From: Lama glama
Lineage: Eukaryota
Assembly: GCA_028534125.1 (NCBI GenBank)
Contig: CM052816.1
Location: forward strand, 77,998,001-78,062,000
DNA: 64,000 nt
Direction: 5' to 3'
In this document: positions 1-14,125 of the stretch, one piece after another
Layout of the letters: every line of letters begins with the position of its first letter
Position numbering within the stretch: position 1 is the stretch's first letter
The notes under the pieces: model-generated
What the model was told of the DNA's origin: nothing
Seen by the model: the letters and a program-made list of their open reading frames with translations, nothing else
Databases searched by the model: none
Program-made: the position numbers and the translations under genes

Positions 1-1587
1 CCAATTTCATGTGAAACCAGACTCATTGTTCACCTCTCCTGGCAGCTAATGGCACTCAGGAAATACTGTCAAATACTGTCATGGAAACATCGGTGAGGCT
101 CCCCATCTCCCAAACCATGGGTAGCAGTTAAACTTAATTTCTGTGGTTTTGAAAAGAAACATTGGGACCACCTCTTTTCTTTTCTTACAGGACCCAAATG
201 TGAATAGCGCCAATAGCTTGCTTGTCAGACCTGAAGTTTCCTCAGATGCCTCACAAACACTGGAATCACTTCACACGTTTCTGAAATGTGACCACCTCTC
301 AGGAGGAGTTGACAACACAAGTAACTGGAAGGGAGGAACACTTATCCCACTGGAACTGGGATAAAGGTTGCCTTGAGTGGAGGGAGGTGCCTGAATCTCT
401 TGACATGGTGACTTGATGGGGACTTATCCCTTCTTCTGTACGGTCGACAAAAGAATAAAGATCAAAGTGATACTTGTCTAACTGCTGTGGGTTGTTTGTC
501 ATAATTAAATTTCAGAATATAAAAGAGTATACAAATTTAAAAGGGAAACAGTGTGACATTCTGGGGGAGAGGGAGAACATTATTTGGGGAAGAATTAAAT
601 ATCTTTTTTTTTTATCAAAAGAAGTATCAAAATAATTTCCTTGAATGTTTATATGCAAAGTAAAACATCTTTAAGAGAGAAAACTGGGGGAGAGATAAAG
701 GGAATTTATACTATGAATGACAGAATGTCTGTAACACCTCAAAAACACTTCTAGTGCCCCCAATCCTCTGCCCCTACTTTCAGCCTGGACCAGGACCGTA
801 TCTCTCACTAGTAAAATATGCCCGCCTTGAGTCAGGGGAGCTGAAACCCAGCCACCCGTCACTCTGTCAGGCAACACGACACAACAGTATTTTTAGGAGG
901 GGGAAAAATAGCTTTTCACTTCAAACAACTGCAGGAATTTAAGTAGGCCGCATGTAATTACATGAGCTAGACTGGTTATGACATCGACTTTTAACATTTC
1001 TACTCTTACAAAAAGTGTCACGGGATCTCTTTACTGATCATAAGCTCCAAGGGACTTTGTCTTACATGAGACCCACCACCAGGGAGAAAACCCAGCAGTG
1101 CAGCGCCCCCTGGGCTTTAGACTGAGCCACTGATAAAGTCCACAAGGGCATCTGCTAATGACAACTGATACTGCATCCAAGATCTCCTTCCCAGTCGCTA
1201 CCTGTGACAGGTCTGAGACTGTGACTCTGGGAAACAAAAACTAGTCAGATTAACGAGGTTGTGTAACAAACCCGGGAGAAGCTGCTCTGTCTTGGTAGTT
1301 AATTTTACATCTGAAGGTCTCACTGGATCAGTCTACCACGTGGCCAGAGAATTCAGGCTTTTCCCTTTTGGGCTGAAAAGTTACATGAAATAACCCTGTC
1401 TCTGTGATGAGTCACAGAAGCTAAAGGGGTTAGCTATTACGTGACTTGCAGTCCTGCCCACAAGAATGGGCTATTTTGTAATATATGCCTGAACTCTGAG
1501 GGCTTCTTCTGTTTCTAAAGCCATGAGACCACAACACAGCAGAAGAGAAGACAGATGTGTGATGGACAGACCGTGCTAACAACTTAC

Positions 1588-1667
1588 GGGTGATGATGTA
1601 GTCCTGGGTTAGAGTCTCTGCTTGTTTCGCCTTCCGCTGGGTTTTAACGACGCATAATTTTGCTCCC
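1588..1667 (-). CDS. WDR70: WDR70 coding exon (80 nt; approx. exon 15), (R)GAKLCVVKTQRKAKQAETLTQDYIIT(P)
   Basis: Acceptor ttttactcacctcag| and donor |gtaagt. Phase 2 to 1. The gene continues beyond the left edge of the window. Confidence 0.95.
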
Positions 1668-3275
1668 CTGAGGTGAGTAAAAGCAAATTATTTTCTTTAC
1701 TTGGTCTTAAAAGTCTATCTCAAAAGCATTAGGTACTTTTAGGAACACACTCTGTGCACACCATTTTACCAAGTCCTTGACTTTCTAAGGAATGATAACA
1801 GATGGAACCCTCAGTGATAAGAGATTAAACATACGGGAAAGCAAGTCCGTGAGTCAGTGGAGAGGTAACTAGGCAACCAAAGGCTTGTTTAAAAAATCTA
1901 TAGAAATAACCTAATATTAAGATCTTAAAGAGATATCAATAACATGAAGCAACTTTTCACCCTAAAGGTCATAGGGCTCAAATTTTAGTTTATGTCTCAG
2001 ATGAAAGCAACCTGGGTGGTCCACATCCCAAGTGGCATTTGTCCACATCCCAAACGGAAGAGTACAAGTATCTGGAATTGAGTCAGCTTGGCAGTGCTGC
2101 CAAGGGGCTACAGCCCAAGAATATGTGGGATTAACCAAAAGTCTACTTAGAACATTTCACTTCTTCTTAGCAATAGCAGCCCTATCAGGAGGAACAAATA
2201 CAAACAAGCAAATTTTTTAAGTAAAGATTTCAAAGATAGTGCCTTCTACAGGGTGCTGTCAAATGGGGTTTACTATTTTTTCAAGTTAAACAGACATCTT
2301 CCCATTCTAATTACACTGGCATTTTTTATTTCTTTATTAAAAAACAAAAACAATCCTATTTGTTTTTGAAGACTACAACATGTAAATTTATTTTATAGGG
2401 CAAAGGTTCTAACTCCAGAAAATTCTGGAGGAAATAGGACTGTCTGCTTCTATTCAGAGCCAAATAATGGCCAATAAATACTCATTAATAGAGGATGGGG
2501 TTCTTTTCCCCCCAAAGAATGTGGGACCTCAAAACAGGTTTATGGAGGAATCAGTAAATTTAGTATGTGAATTTTAATACTAGCTAGTCATGGCTTACTC
2601 TAAAGAATGAGCTAATCAGTCACTGTACCTTAAGAGAGAGAAACAAAACCATCCTTTTTTTGGGGGGTGGTGACACGAGTCCACCTTTGTGCCCAAGGAA
2701 AACAGAAATAATTGAGGCACTGCCTCAAGTGAAGTTTTTGGGCCCCTGAAACATGTTGGTGTGCTTAAATCTGGCATTTAGGGTGGACAGAGGTTGAAGG
2801 GGAAAGTACTTGTGCTGTCCTCCTTTGCTGGCCGAGAACAACCCTGCCAAACATCCAAACTGGTACCTGATAAAAGCCCAAACAGAAAGGGAACAAAATG
2901 GACTAGCTGTTCCTATTTCCTGTAAGTGGTTAGTTCCCCACTTTGTTAATCCCTTACATGTATCACTGCTAATGCCACTGTCCAGGGTGGTATGCAAAGT
3001 GGGCAGGACTTTTCCCCCCTTGCACTCAACATTTCAGCTAAAGAACTGCAAATCCCCAGGAAACTTTCACTTTGAATTCTGTATGGATCAAGGGAGATAT
3101 CCAAATCCTCTTTAAAGCACAATACTAGGAGTTTGAGGCTTTACTCTGTGCCAGCTGCATTTTCTAAAAGGGTGGATCCCCATCAAAGAGGGAAATAAAT
3201 AAAAGCAGAGGTGAAAAAAAAGCCCTCCCCCCAGTTGTTGGCATCCATCTAAAACAGGCAATACTTATGAAATAC

Positions 3276-3376
3276 CTCTGACTCTTGTTGGGGTCATAAT
3301 AGACTTTAGCCAATCCATTTCCAGTCCCCACCATGATCTGGTTCAGCTTTGGATGCCACAGGCAGCGGACAACACT
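3276..3376 (-). CDS. WDR70: WDR70 coding exon (101 nt; approx. exon 14), SVVRCLWHPKLNQIMVGTGNGLAKVYYDPNKSQ(R)
   Basis: Acceptor cctttccttttcag| and donor |gtattt. Phase 0 to 2, in frame with both neighbours. Confidence 0.96.
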
Positions 3377-5239
3377 CTGAAAAGGAAAGGCATGCTAATT
3401 AACTAGAGAGATAACATATAAATGGAAAAAATCCTGCTGATACTTTGATGGCTAGTTTACTAAACTGAATATCATGGGGATGGCTACCTCTAAACTTTTA
3501 GGACATTTTCTTCTAAACCATGGGGTCGTGTTCCTGAGGTTGTTTCATTCCATCACTTATTATCTGTGTGATACTCTATAAATTTAAAAGATGCTCCCTC
3601 CCTGACATCCCTCTTCTCCTTTTCTGGTACCCTAGAAACCACAAAGTTAGGCTTTCCCAGCTTCACTGTCATGTGAGACTGGCATTGTGGAATGCTGGAC
3701 CCACATTACTGAGTTCATTTTACCACTGAAGCAGATTTAGATCTCAGTGTTTCATGCTTTTAAACACACACAATATGCCCCTCTGGACAGCATATTGAGA
3801 CCAGGTGGCTATTGTTTTTAGTTTACAAAGATCTAAATCTCATAAAGCTTTTTCAGGAACAACACACATTTGCAGGTGTTGAATAATATCTCCCTATCTA
3901 TGAGATAAGCCAGTAGGATAATGCAGAAGTAGACAGAGGTACAAAATACAAAGACTTGACATGAAACCGAATGAAAAGCTGTTTATGAGAAGGTTCACTG
4001 GAACTTACGATCCTTTGAATTCATTACTAGTAAGAAAAATAAGTGGTGCTCTGGGGTCGGAAAGAACCATGAGTTCTCAGTGAGAACTACAACCTGTTTT
4101 TAATTTTTGCTGAAGTAAGAGGGCAGAGGTGGAAGGGACAGCAAGGACAGAATTAAGGGGGAAAAAAGATGAAACTAAGGTTGGTAGGCAGAAATACCAC
4201 ACACATGGATCTGCAGAGCTTACTCTGATATTACAAGAAATGAGTGGAAACATTAATTCAGTGTTCATTGGGAACCTATCCTGTGCCAAACAGCATACAA
4301 GGACTAAGGGGAAAATGGTACAACTAGATATTGCCATTTTATGTTCTAATGCTAAAATGCAAATCATGGAATTTCTGTCTCCCAAATCTATCCTGGGCTG
4401 AATTTCTTTGGTTTCTTCTCCCCAACCATCCAGCTCTTTTGTTAAGACAGAATATCTGGGAATCTCTGTAATCTCTTTTGATAGAAATTCTGGCTCTCAC
4501 CTGACTGGCAAAAAAATATGCATATAGTTAAATGGCTACAAATCCTTCTCTGAGATTCCTGAGAAACTAAGGAGGAAATATAAGAGTCTGCAGAACGTCT
4601 AATTTATGCCTGACAATACTCTAGAAGATGGTTCTTAACTCTGCATCACCGAGGAGGGTTGAGATGTTCTACTGAGAAAATCAAATCAGAGTGGCTATGC
4701 TTCCCCTGTCGTTGGGGGAAAACTAAGTTAAAAGGGCAGGTTTTCACAATTTTAAGTTTTCTTTCCACAACTTTTCTTAAACCTATGGTGCCTGCTACCC
4801 AATGTCTGCTAGCAAGTGCTAAAAGATGATAAAACGTATACACTGGTGAGTGAATATTAACAGAAAAACTTGAAAATAGTAAATCATATTTTTAGTAAAA
4901 TATAAAAATAGTAAATCGAAGTTTGACTTTTTGTGTGTGGGGCTGTCATCATTTTGTGCATATGCTCATGAAACTTACTTTATAATGCATACATATAAAA
5001 AGTCATATTTTCTCCTAATAACAGTGTACTTGGTTGGTTAGCTGAAATAAGTGTATCAAAAGTTCATGGTCTGCAAAGCACAGCCTGACCACCAGGAGCT
5101 CAGCCAGTAGGACTAATTTGAGAACCATGCCTGGACCACTGGAGATTTCCAAATAGTCAAGACCAGGTATATGGAAATATGAGAAGAATCATAAACATAA
5201 CTTCATATCCTATCTAGAATAAGTCCATCCAAGCCAATA

Positions 5240-5500
5240 ATCATCGCCTTCAAGTCTCTGCTTAAGTGTCATTACTACCCAGATCATCCTATTTAAAACT
5301 GCATCCCTCAAATTCCCTTACTTTCTTTGTTTTCATAGCATGGATCACCTTTCAACGTAATATATAATTTATCATTAATTATGCTTACTGTCTGCATTCC
5401 CCACTAGAACATACGTTCCACACAGGCAGATCTTGGTCTGTTTTGTGCAGCTAGATTAGTGTCTGGTACTCAATAAATGTTTGCTGCAGGAATGAATTAA
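5240..5500 (+). mobile_element. L2 3' end
   Basis: ccccactagaac..ttccacacaggcag..gtactcaataaatgtttgc..gaatgaat matches the L2a terminus. Confidence 0.75.
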
Positions 5501-7579
5501 AAGTTATAGTTCACCCAAACCTAAATGGATTGCTTTACTAGATAGTGTGAGACAATTTTCAAATTAAAATCATTACTACCTATGAGGAATAATTTGATTT
5601 CTCCAAATCAGTATAATATTCAAGTACCCTATAAATACAGTAGGGTTAGTTCCCTCCTAATATGGTCCTAAAAAGAGGGATATGCAAGGACCAGAGAGCA
5701 TGAGAAGATAGTGAGAGGGGCTTTCAAGGGCCTTCAGAAATCTCAGCTACCCACACACAGTCCCAAGACAATTTTTTAAGGACACAGTATTAAAGTTATT
5801 TCTCTTCTTTGGTTCCCTAGCGGTCTGGCTAAGCAGTCTGAGATTACTGATTCTCAAATATGTGTTCAAGTGAGCAGGGTGCAGAATTGGAAAGGATCCA
5901 CAGTGTAGGCCTGGTAAATTCCAAGACACCCAGCCAAATAAGCAGTTTCCAGGGGCAGCAAGTTACTGTTACTCTCTCCCTCTATGCCGAGGGTGTAAAT
6001 GTTAGAGAGAGGCAACTGCCTAGGCCAAAAGACCAATGTCAGCTTGCTTTCCAGGGAGTCCGAGCTCAGGGCAGTGCACCTCATCCTGTTCACAGCCTTT
6101 ACTCTCTAACGCCCTTAGACAGCATAAGTTCTCATGAAGAAGCGCATTTACTCCCCTATTCACACAGAAGCAAGAAGAAGGCAAATGAGACCCCTTGAAC
6201 TAAGCAGTCATTCCAGAGCTCCATCCACTGCAGTGGTGAGTCACCAAAGTGGCCAATGAGAGCTCTGGGAGCAGTTTGACTTAGGCAAAAGATCGTTAAG
6301 GCTCAATTACCCTAAGACTGGTTATTAATCAAATACTACAAGGATTCCAAAACATGGAATGAAGAAACAGAATTCAAAGTCAAAGGTGGGTGGGCTTTTT
6401 TTTTGTTTATTAATATTTATTGTGTGTGTTTAGCTAACCTCTGTAAACTTTGCAGTTAATGCGGCTCCACACTTCGTCCTGTCAAGGAAATGCATCTTAT
6501 AGCAGAGAGCTGGCCATCTGCCAAACCAAACAATCCCTGAGACGGCAGCAAGGCTGGGGAGCAAGCAGAGCTTCACGCTGCTAACTTGTCAAACACACAT
6601 ACTGGGTTTTACTTAACAACAATGGGACACGTGCCTGCTAGAAGAAGCCCAAGGAACCATAAGAAGACAGATGAGCTGTAACTACTTAGAAAGAGTGCAT
6701 TTACTCAATCAACCATCCACCAAGGACTTCCTCCATCCTCTGTTCTTGAAGAGGTACTTCTGTAGCTGGGGGCTTGCCACATTCAGATTTACTGAGTGAT
6801 GATACAGCAAATGAAGGGTAGAGAGCATGTCTGAATCAAAGGACCAGAGAAAAATGTCATAACATGAGGTCTACATGAACCAAAGGGAAAGCCTTCTCAT
6901 TGTATTATGAGATTCAAATGACAGAAGACCACTGTGGTGCAAAGAAATAGATTCCACAGTCAGTCTGCAAAGTTTAATATACTGATTTGCTTACTTAAAC
7001 TGATAAAGTGTTTTATTCTTACACTAATCTACTTCATTTTACCAAAGCATGAGGGACCTGCGTCGGCTTCCCCTAGCTGCCTAAGTGAACTCCATTTTAG
7101 CATAAAATTAAGTTTAGTTTTCTAAACCAAAGCCTATTGTCATTTTAGATAATCGGGCAGTGCAGAGCAACCACAGTCTGCCACCCAAGTACTTAGCTCT
7201 AGCAGCAGCCACAGAGCGTCAATAACTAGGGGATGGAGATCATAAGCAAGATGACAAGGCGTTACAAGACTTTCATGCGCTCAACACAGAGATCTTTCTT
7301 CTCTGCAGAGACCAAAGGAAAAAGAGAGGGGTGGGCTAGGGAAGAAGAAAGCACTATGTGTACAAAAGACAGTGTCAAGATTCCAAAACAGGAATCTGGA
7401 ATTTACTCCTTAGCAAAAGTAAAAAGGCTAACAAAAATTCCAAGTAATTTATTTCTGTGGTTTATCTGTTTACTTTAAGTGAAATCATGGAAGCAAACAA
7501 GGAGAGGAGAAGGAAACCGAGGAGAGAAACGAATTCATATTTTAGGACATGGAGGGAAACTATTAGGTATCTGGAACTT

Positions 7580-7770
7580 CATGTTATTAAAGTAACTGAA
7601 TCCTCTCAACTATACCACAAGAGTAGTTATCTCACACCCACTTCACAAGGAGAAGCTGAGGCTTGTAGGAGGCTGGGTAACTTTCCCAAGGTCACGTAAC
7701 TTGTACACAGAAGAGCAGGGATCGGCAAGGAGGCTTTTCCAACTCCAATGCTTGTTCCTTTAGACTACCT
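7580..7770 (-). mobile_element. MIR
   Basis: MIR core gagaagctgaggc..ggtaactttcccaaggtcac. Confidence 0.65.
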
Positions 7771-10700
7771 AATTATGTGAAGTCCTATTTTAGAAGTTGG
7801 GGAGGAAGGGATGTGGGAGATGTAAAATCATTTCTAAACTCACCTAACCCAGAAGTAGAAACCTTAGCAAGTTTATATTAAAAAGCAGATGGTATTACTA
7901 AAACCATAAAGGAAAAAGCCCACCACTACCCAGTTCACAAATGTTACTATAAAAGAAATCAATGCCTGCGTAACATCTTAGGGGTCTGTAATGCACATAT
8001 CCAAACACTACCCTTATTCTACTTTACAAGCTAAAAGAAGCCCAACATCCTTCATAATTTTATATCTTAAACATGATTATGATGAAACACCATTTCCTGA
8101 TCCTTCCCAGCTGCTGACCCACACTGTAAAAGAAACTCCATCTGGTTTTTTCATGTTTGGTTTTTGTCATATAGTACAAGAATGAATAAGCTAACTCGGC
8201 GATTCCTCGGGAGAACAAGCATTTTCCAGAATTTTCAAATAAGGAGCCTTACACCTGTCTGTGAAGGAGAGCGTCACACAGTTTTGCAGACATCCTCCAG
8301 ACTACCCACTGCATTTGAAAGGCTATGTGTATACTGATGCCCAAGGCTAAAAACGCAGATCAAGATGTGAGTCCAAAACAAATAAAAAAGAAGGCAGATG
8401 AAAATGGAAAGGTTACTGGAGGGGAATTTTCTTCAGATTTCCAGAAGCCCAAGTTTTATTTCACAGAGAAAGAAAAACTGCTTTCCACATTAAGATACTG
8501 AGCCAGGGAGGTAGAAGAGTAAGACAGGAATTCTTTGAACTTTTCCAGGCTATTTTTCCTGTCCTCCCATTGCCTTGCTTTTCCCAAACCTGGACTGTTT
8601 TGCAGCAGGCATGGGCCATCGGGCTTAGTCTCGTTCCTCTAATGTTCAGGAAGCAAACCTGATGAGTAGGCCTTAGCCTACAATAAATAAGACTCCTCAA
8701 CACCCACCTGATCTCCGTGGAGACATCCCTTAAATAAAAACAATCAAAGGCATTTTCTCTGCTCTTCTAAGTGAGCACTCACCTATCCTTTTTCCCTCCT
8801 CCACATTCCTCCAACTCTAAGGAAGTTCTCCCACAGGGCCAGACTGTAGCAATTGTCACTTTTTGCTGGAAATCTGAATCTTCCTTCTTCCCTGCCCCAA
8901 ATAATTTTGTTTCTGATAAGTCAGCTAGAAGCCCAATAGTGAAAGGAACAAGCGTCTTGGCACCTTCATAAATGCAGGGGTTGCCGCAGAAAAACCAAAC
9001 AAGGAAAAGTGTTGCTCTATACCTCCATAAATATTTGGTACAGATGCACAGATCATACTTTTTTAAAAACTGGCATCCAGTTATCAAATTAAGTCCCATC
9101 AAACACATGGAAAATGCATTTATTAAAATCAGTTTATTTACAGCCTCTGCTTTCAAATTAAGGTAACTGCTAAAGCAGCAAAAATCTGGAACCTGGTAAT
9201 TGTCCTTGGCACAAAATGAAATCACATCTGTATCTGATAATGAACTTGCCTAAAGAATTTCATCACGAGAAAAAGTTCTCAAGAGAAAAATGGAAGGTCT
9301 CTTGGGTAAGAAAATTAAATACAATTTTCTTCATCTAATTCAAAACACTAAATGTTAGTTTGCTCCAACCTGCTATTTGAGAAGAACTTACAAAGGCAAA
9401 GAAAGCACAAATAATGACTGAAGAAAATCTGGTAATTATTCTTATTAACAACAGTCTGGGAGCAGGAAACAAACAGGAGGCTGGATGCTGGGGTCCATGT
9501 CAGTGAGTGACATCAGTGGTGGGTCATGAAAGGCAAATACCCCAGAGGCCCCGAAGCACAGTTATCCCTTAGAAGCAGCTCTCACTGGAGGCAGGCTCCC
9601 GGAATTCAAGTAGAACTTCCTACTGGTGGGCAGAGGATGGATCAAGTATGCCAAGATATGGAGCCCCTCAGGCTTGAGAGGGGCCTGGGGCACTGGAACT
9701 TCATGCAAGTCAGTTCTAGCAAACAGTAGCCTTCTCTGTTATATCATATACTATCGTCTATAATGAGGACCAGGTTGTGAAAAAGCTTAGAAAGCACTAC
9801 TGAGGCCATCTCTCTCAATCAGATCTGTACAGACTCAGAGCCCTTTCCCTTCTTCATTTATCCATAGTGCAACAGAGATAGGCATAAAGAGCATGAACAT
9901 AAATCTCTCCCTTATATGAATGAACAAAGCACAAATGGATAAAACTTTTAAATCCCTAACTACTCGATAAGAAATATATTATGATCAAATCTCAGAAATC
10001 ATCAAGTATGTAAAACAAAAATATATATATATATAGGAAAAGCTCAATCTTCAAAGATAAACTATACAGGAGTGTAAGGCACTATTTGTCTTAATACAGT
10101 ATATGTAAAGATGTCTTACAAATCATACTCTTGTATTTAGCCCTTTGGGGGTCTCACAACCCTTCGTCCTACAAGACATAGCATTATCTATCACTCCAAA
10201 AAAGGAACACTGTCCTGGGACATGTGTTAATTATAGAACTTTTTCTTCCCCACACTATATATAATTGTGAAAGTTTGGCTAGAATTCCAACAGAACAGCT
10301 GGAAAACTTGTTACCAAAGATCGTTCATCAAGTTCTGGTTGGGACAGGAGAAACTGTCAAAGAAAATCCTACAAAACAAAGTCCTTCACTTGGTCTTCTA
10401 CCAATGGGATGTAATAGGTGCTGAGGTGAGACGATGGAGCACCAGTCACTACTGTACTGTATGTTTATACATTATACAAAGAACAGTGTCGTTTTGAACA
10501 CATTTAAATACCTACAAAATCAAGTACTTTTTTGATATTTTATAGAGTCAAGTATGTATCTCCTTCAGGGTTGTATTATCTAATGCCCAATTCTTCATCT
10601 AGTTTCACCATTCATGGCAATTATGTCTATACAAGGAAGTACAGATATATTTAAATACCAGTTAAATAAAACACCAAACTCTTGTGTAGAAAAGGAAAAA

Positions 10701-11789
10701 AAGGTTCTAATTAATCAAAAGGGAAATACTGACTGTTTCTACTCTTTTGAAGGACTAGAAATAGAAGCAAAACAGTAAACAGAAAACATTTCCTTGAAAC
10801 TGCTGACACCAAGTAAGTAGTAGATGCCTCTTAACACTGTATGTTGCAGGTTAAATGACACTAGAAACATGAATAAACTACTTTTCTTGAATAAACTATT
10901 AAACTGGACAAGCCCTCCTTTTAATCCTCATTCATCTGCCTTCGATGATTTGTAAAACCTGAAGCAGTATGTGATAGGCTCTTCATCTCATTGTAACTCC
11001 CAAAACGAGATCACTGTCAAATAGATAATTATAGGAAAAGACATCTCACCATTGGTTTTGAAACTGATTCCCACAGTAAACATTACCTCAAAGAAGAGAA
11101 TGTTGAATAGAGAATCAAAATAACTACACCTGAATTAAGGGTCTACTGGCTAAATTTATAAATTGTTTATTAAAGAGACTGAAAATGAGAACGAAATAAA
11201 ATAATAAGCACATCAGAATTTGTCTTCTAAGGAAGAATAATGATTACACTTTTGATAAAATATAGTGACAAATTCCAATTAATAATATTTACTTCCAAGC
11301 ACAGTGTATTTTACAAAATAGATCCAGGAAACAGATCATATTCATTAACAGTATAACCACCAAAACAAATTATATTCATTAGAGTTTCAAATTACCAGCA
11401 CTTTAAGCATCCGCAGTAAATTTGTTTCCTCCACTGAACTCAAACACAGCTATTTTTAGTAAGTCTGAAAAAGGATCATCTCAAGTTTTAAAGAAGCAGA
11501 CAATTAAAATCTGTACTTCTTTCATCAAATCTAAAAGAAAACATATTTATGCTCTGAAATTCCAAATTAATTAGAAAAACATTAACAAAAAAGAAAAATA
11601 AGAGAAGATGGTATGAAATAGGCCATTATAGTAAGTCCCAATAAGAATCTACTAGAATAAAATATATTAAAAGGAAAAGCAAAATTAACAAATACATTTT
11701 TATCAAACACCTACTATGACATGCATTGTGCTGGCCTTTAGGAACAATGCCCTTACCAGCCACATGGCAATGAGGAGACCCTTACTTCA

Positions 11790-12330
11790 ATTTGGTCACT
11801 GGAGAATCTAGAAATGACTGACAAGAGTGTGTCAATGATAACTAAAGTGTTGAGAAAATGTGACCCACAAGGAAATGTTAAAACAACAACAACTAAGTCT
11901 GGTTTGCTTAGACAAGATAAGACAGCACAGTAACTTTATAATCTTCAAGGAAATAGAGGATGTTGACCAGCTGTTCTCCAATTCCTTGAGGACTAGAGTA
12001 AAGGATGTGGGCTCTAAGCATGAGAATGTGAGGCTAAAAGAAAAGGGAAAAAAAAAAATTTGACGGTGAGGGATTTCATAACCAGAAATGAACTCTTTAG
12101 GGAGACTATAAAATCTTCTGTTAAAAGTTTACTTTTCATGTTAGGATAGTTGAGCCATAGTTCTCAGGTGGGCAAGAAGGTGGACTCTTGGAAAGTAATA
12201 TCGAGACACTGAGCAAAGTGTTCCTGATGCCAGATGGCAGCTAATAAAGAAAAAGCCAGCAACTCTGCCTGTGGCATAGTTATGTCAAGGGAACACATCA
12301 CCAGAGTAAGAGAGGTGACTCACACTAAGG
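11790..12330 (+). mobile_element. CR1/L3 LINE fragment(s)
   Basis: Degenerate similarity to the CR1 3' region (ctggtttgcttagacaagataagac..atcttcaagg..cagctgttctcc). Confidence 0.45.
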
Positions 12331-12724
12331 ATCAAGGCCATTACTGTATTTCCCACAATATGAATGTCCCTACGAATGTGCAGCCATCTTAGAAGCTTCC
12401 TCTTAGGCACATCTGCTGCAATTTATATTATTTCATTATTTATTTCATATAGTGTTTTCCATCACTGTTACAATTTGTTTGATTAAAAAAATCTCCCAGT
12501 TCCGTGTGAGACAGAGGGATCACATTCCATTCAGTCTCTCTCTCTCAATGCAGTTATAAAACCTAAATTTGAGGATTCTGAAAAGCAAGCAGTCCAGAAT
12601 TCAAAGAAAGTGTCACTGAAGCAGAGGTGAGTTTACTATTTCCCCAATTCTGGTACTCAGATCTCTCCCTCCTCTCACCAAAAACAACCTGTTATTAACA
12701 AAATAATCAAAGTTTTAAATAAAG

Positions 12725-12956
12725 ACAGGATCAATCTAACTGAGCTTTCCTTTGGCCTCAGGCTTCAGTATGGCTAAATTAGCACTGTTACTGATCTCAT
12801 TTCTTCTTAAGTATTGGAATTTTATTCATTATGAATTTTTTGCATTAATTTTTGTTTTTTATAATGTTGCGTTAAAATGTTAATTTATCTTGATTACTGA
12901 GTTTTTTGGGCCTCCTTAAATTTTGTATTTGAGCCTGACCCTTGTCCTGGCCTTGC
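12725..12956. mobile_element. MER96B-like hAT DNA transposon fragment
   Basis: The end ttgattactgagttttttgggcctccttaaattttg..gtcctggccttg resembles the recalled MER96B terminus. Confidence 0.6.
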
Positions 12957-14125
12957 CTCAACCTGTATCTTACTTTATTATACAAAAATTAGCTCGAAAT
13001 AAACCATGCACTCAAAATAAATCACATAAAACTTCTAGAAGAAAACAGAGAAGAAAATCTGTGTGACTGGGGGTCAGTTAAGGAGTTTTTAGATACGACA
13101 CTAAAACTACATTCTATAAAAGAAAAAAACTGATACATTAGACTTTCTCAAAATTAAAGTATTTTGCTTTGTAAAAGACCTTGTTAAGGGGGGAATAAAA
13201 AACAACAAGGAACAGATTGGGATAAAATTTTTATAAGTCACATATCCTAAAAAGAACTTGGCATCTAGAGCATATAAAAGACTCTCAAAATTAACAGTGA
13301 GAAAACAACCTTATTTAAAACTGGGCAAACAACTTAAACAGACACTTCACCAAAGAAAATATAAAAATGAACACATGAAGATACTCAACATCATTAGCCA
13401 TCAGGAAAATGCAAATTGTAACCGTGATGAACTACCACTTCACATGCCTATCAGAATGTATAAAATTAAAAATGTTAACAATACAAAGTGTTAGTGAGGA
13501 TGTAGAGCAAGTAAAAACACACACTGATGGGAATGCAAAATGGTATTATTAATCTGAAGAATGGCTTGGCAGTTTCTTATAAAAATATACACTCAGCCCA
13601 TGACTCAGCAAGCCTACTCTTAGGCATTTACCCTAGAGAAATAAAAACTTATATTCAAACAAAACCTATATATGAATGACTACAGCAGCTCTATCCATAA
13701 TCTCCAAAAATTAAAAACAATTAAATGTCCTTTAGAAGATAAACAAACTGTGCTATTCCCATACAGTGGAATACTACACAGCCATAAAATGTAACAAATT
13801 ATTGATATGTATAACAAACCTGTATGAATCTCAAAGGATTCTGCTGAAAGAAATTGATCTTAAAAGGTTACACACTGTATGAGACCATTTATATGATATT
13901 CTTGAAAAGCCAACACTATAGTGATGCAGAACACATCAGTGAATATCAGGGATTAGAAATGGAGGGCAAGGAAGGGTGAGGGTGTGACCATAGAGAGAGA
14001 GCACAAAGGAGATTTGGGGGAGTGATGAAACTGTTCTGACCCTGTTGTATTGACAGTGACTACAGGAATCTAAACAAGTTTTTAAAAATTACAGAACTGT
14101 ACACTTTAAAAGTAATAAAAGAAAA
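12957..14125 (+). mobile_element. Old L1 (L1MC/MD-like), end of ORF2 plus 3'UTR
   Basis: Typical L1 3' motifs: aaacttctagaagaaaac, cagacacttcaccaaagaa, tggaatactacacagccataaaa. ORF 13258-13494 is a by-product of this element. Confidence 0.85.

Noticed and set aside
1668..1678. Consensus plus-strand donor GAG|GTGAGT next to the 80-nt exon
   Set aside because: It is the complement of the exon's acceptor region (actcacctcag). There is no other sign of an antisense exon.
8779..9225. 148-aa minus-strand ORF
   Set aside because: Non-ATG start, no recognisable family and no convincing splice boundaries; it looks like a chance ORF.
13258..13494. ORFs inside repeats (also 36349-36744, 41198-41455, 43275-43535, 63050-63307)
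   Set aside because: They lie within or overlap L1, MIR or LTR remnants and are not independent genes.
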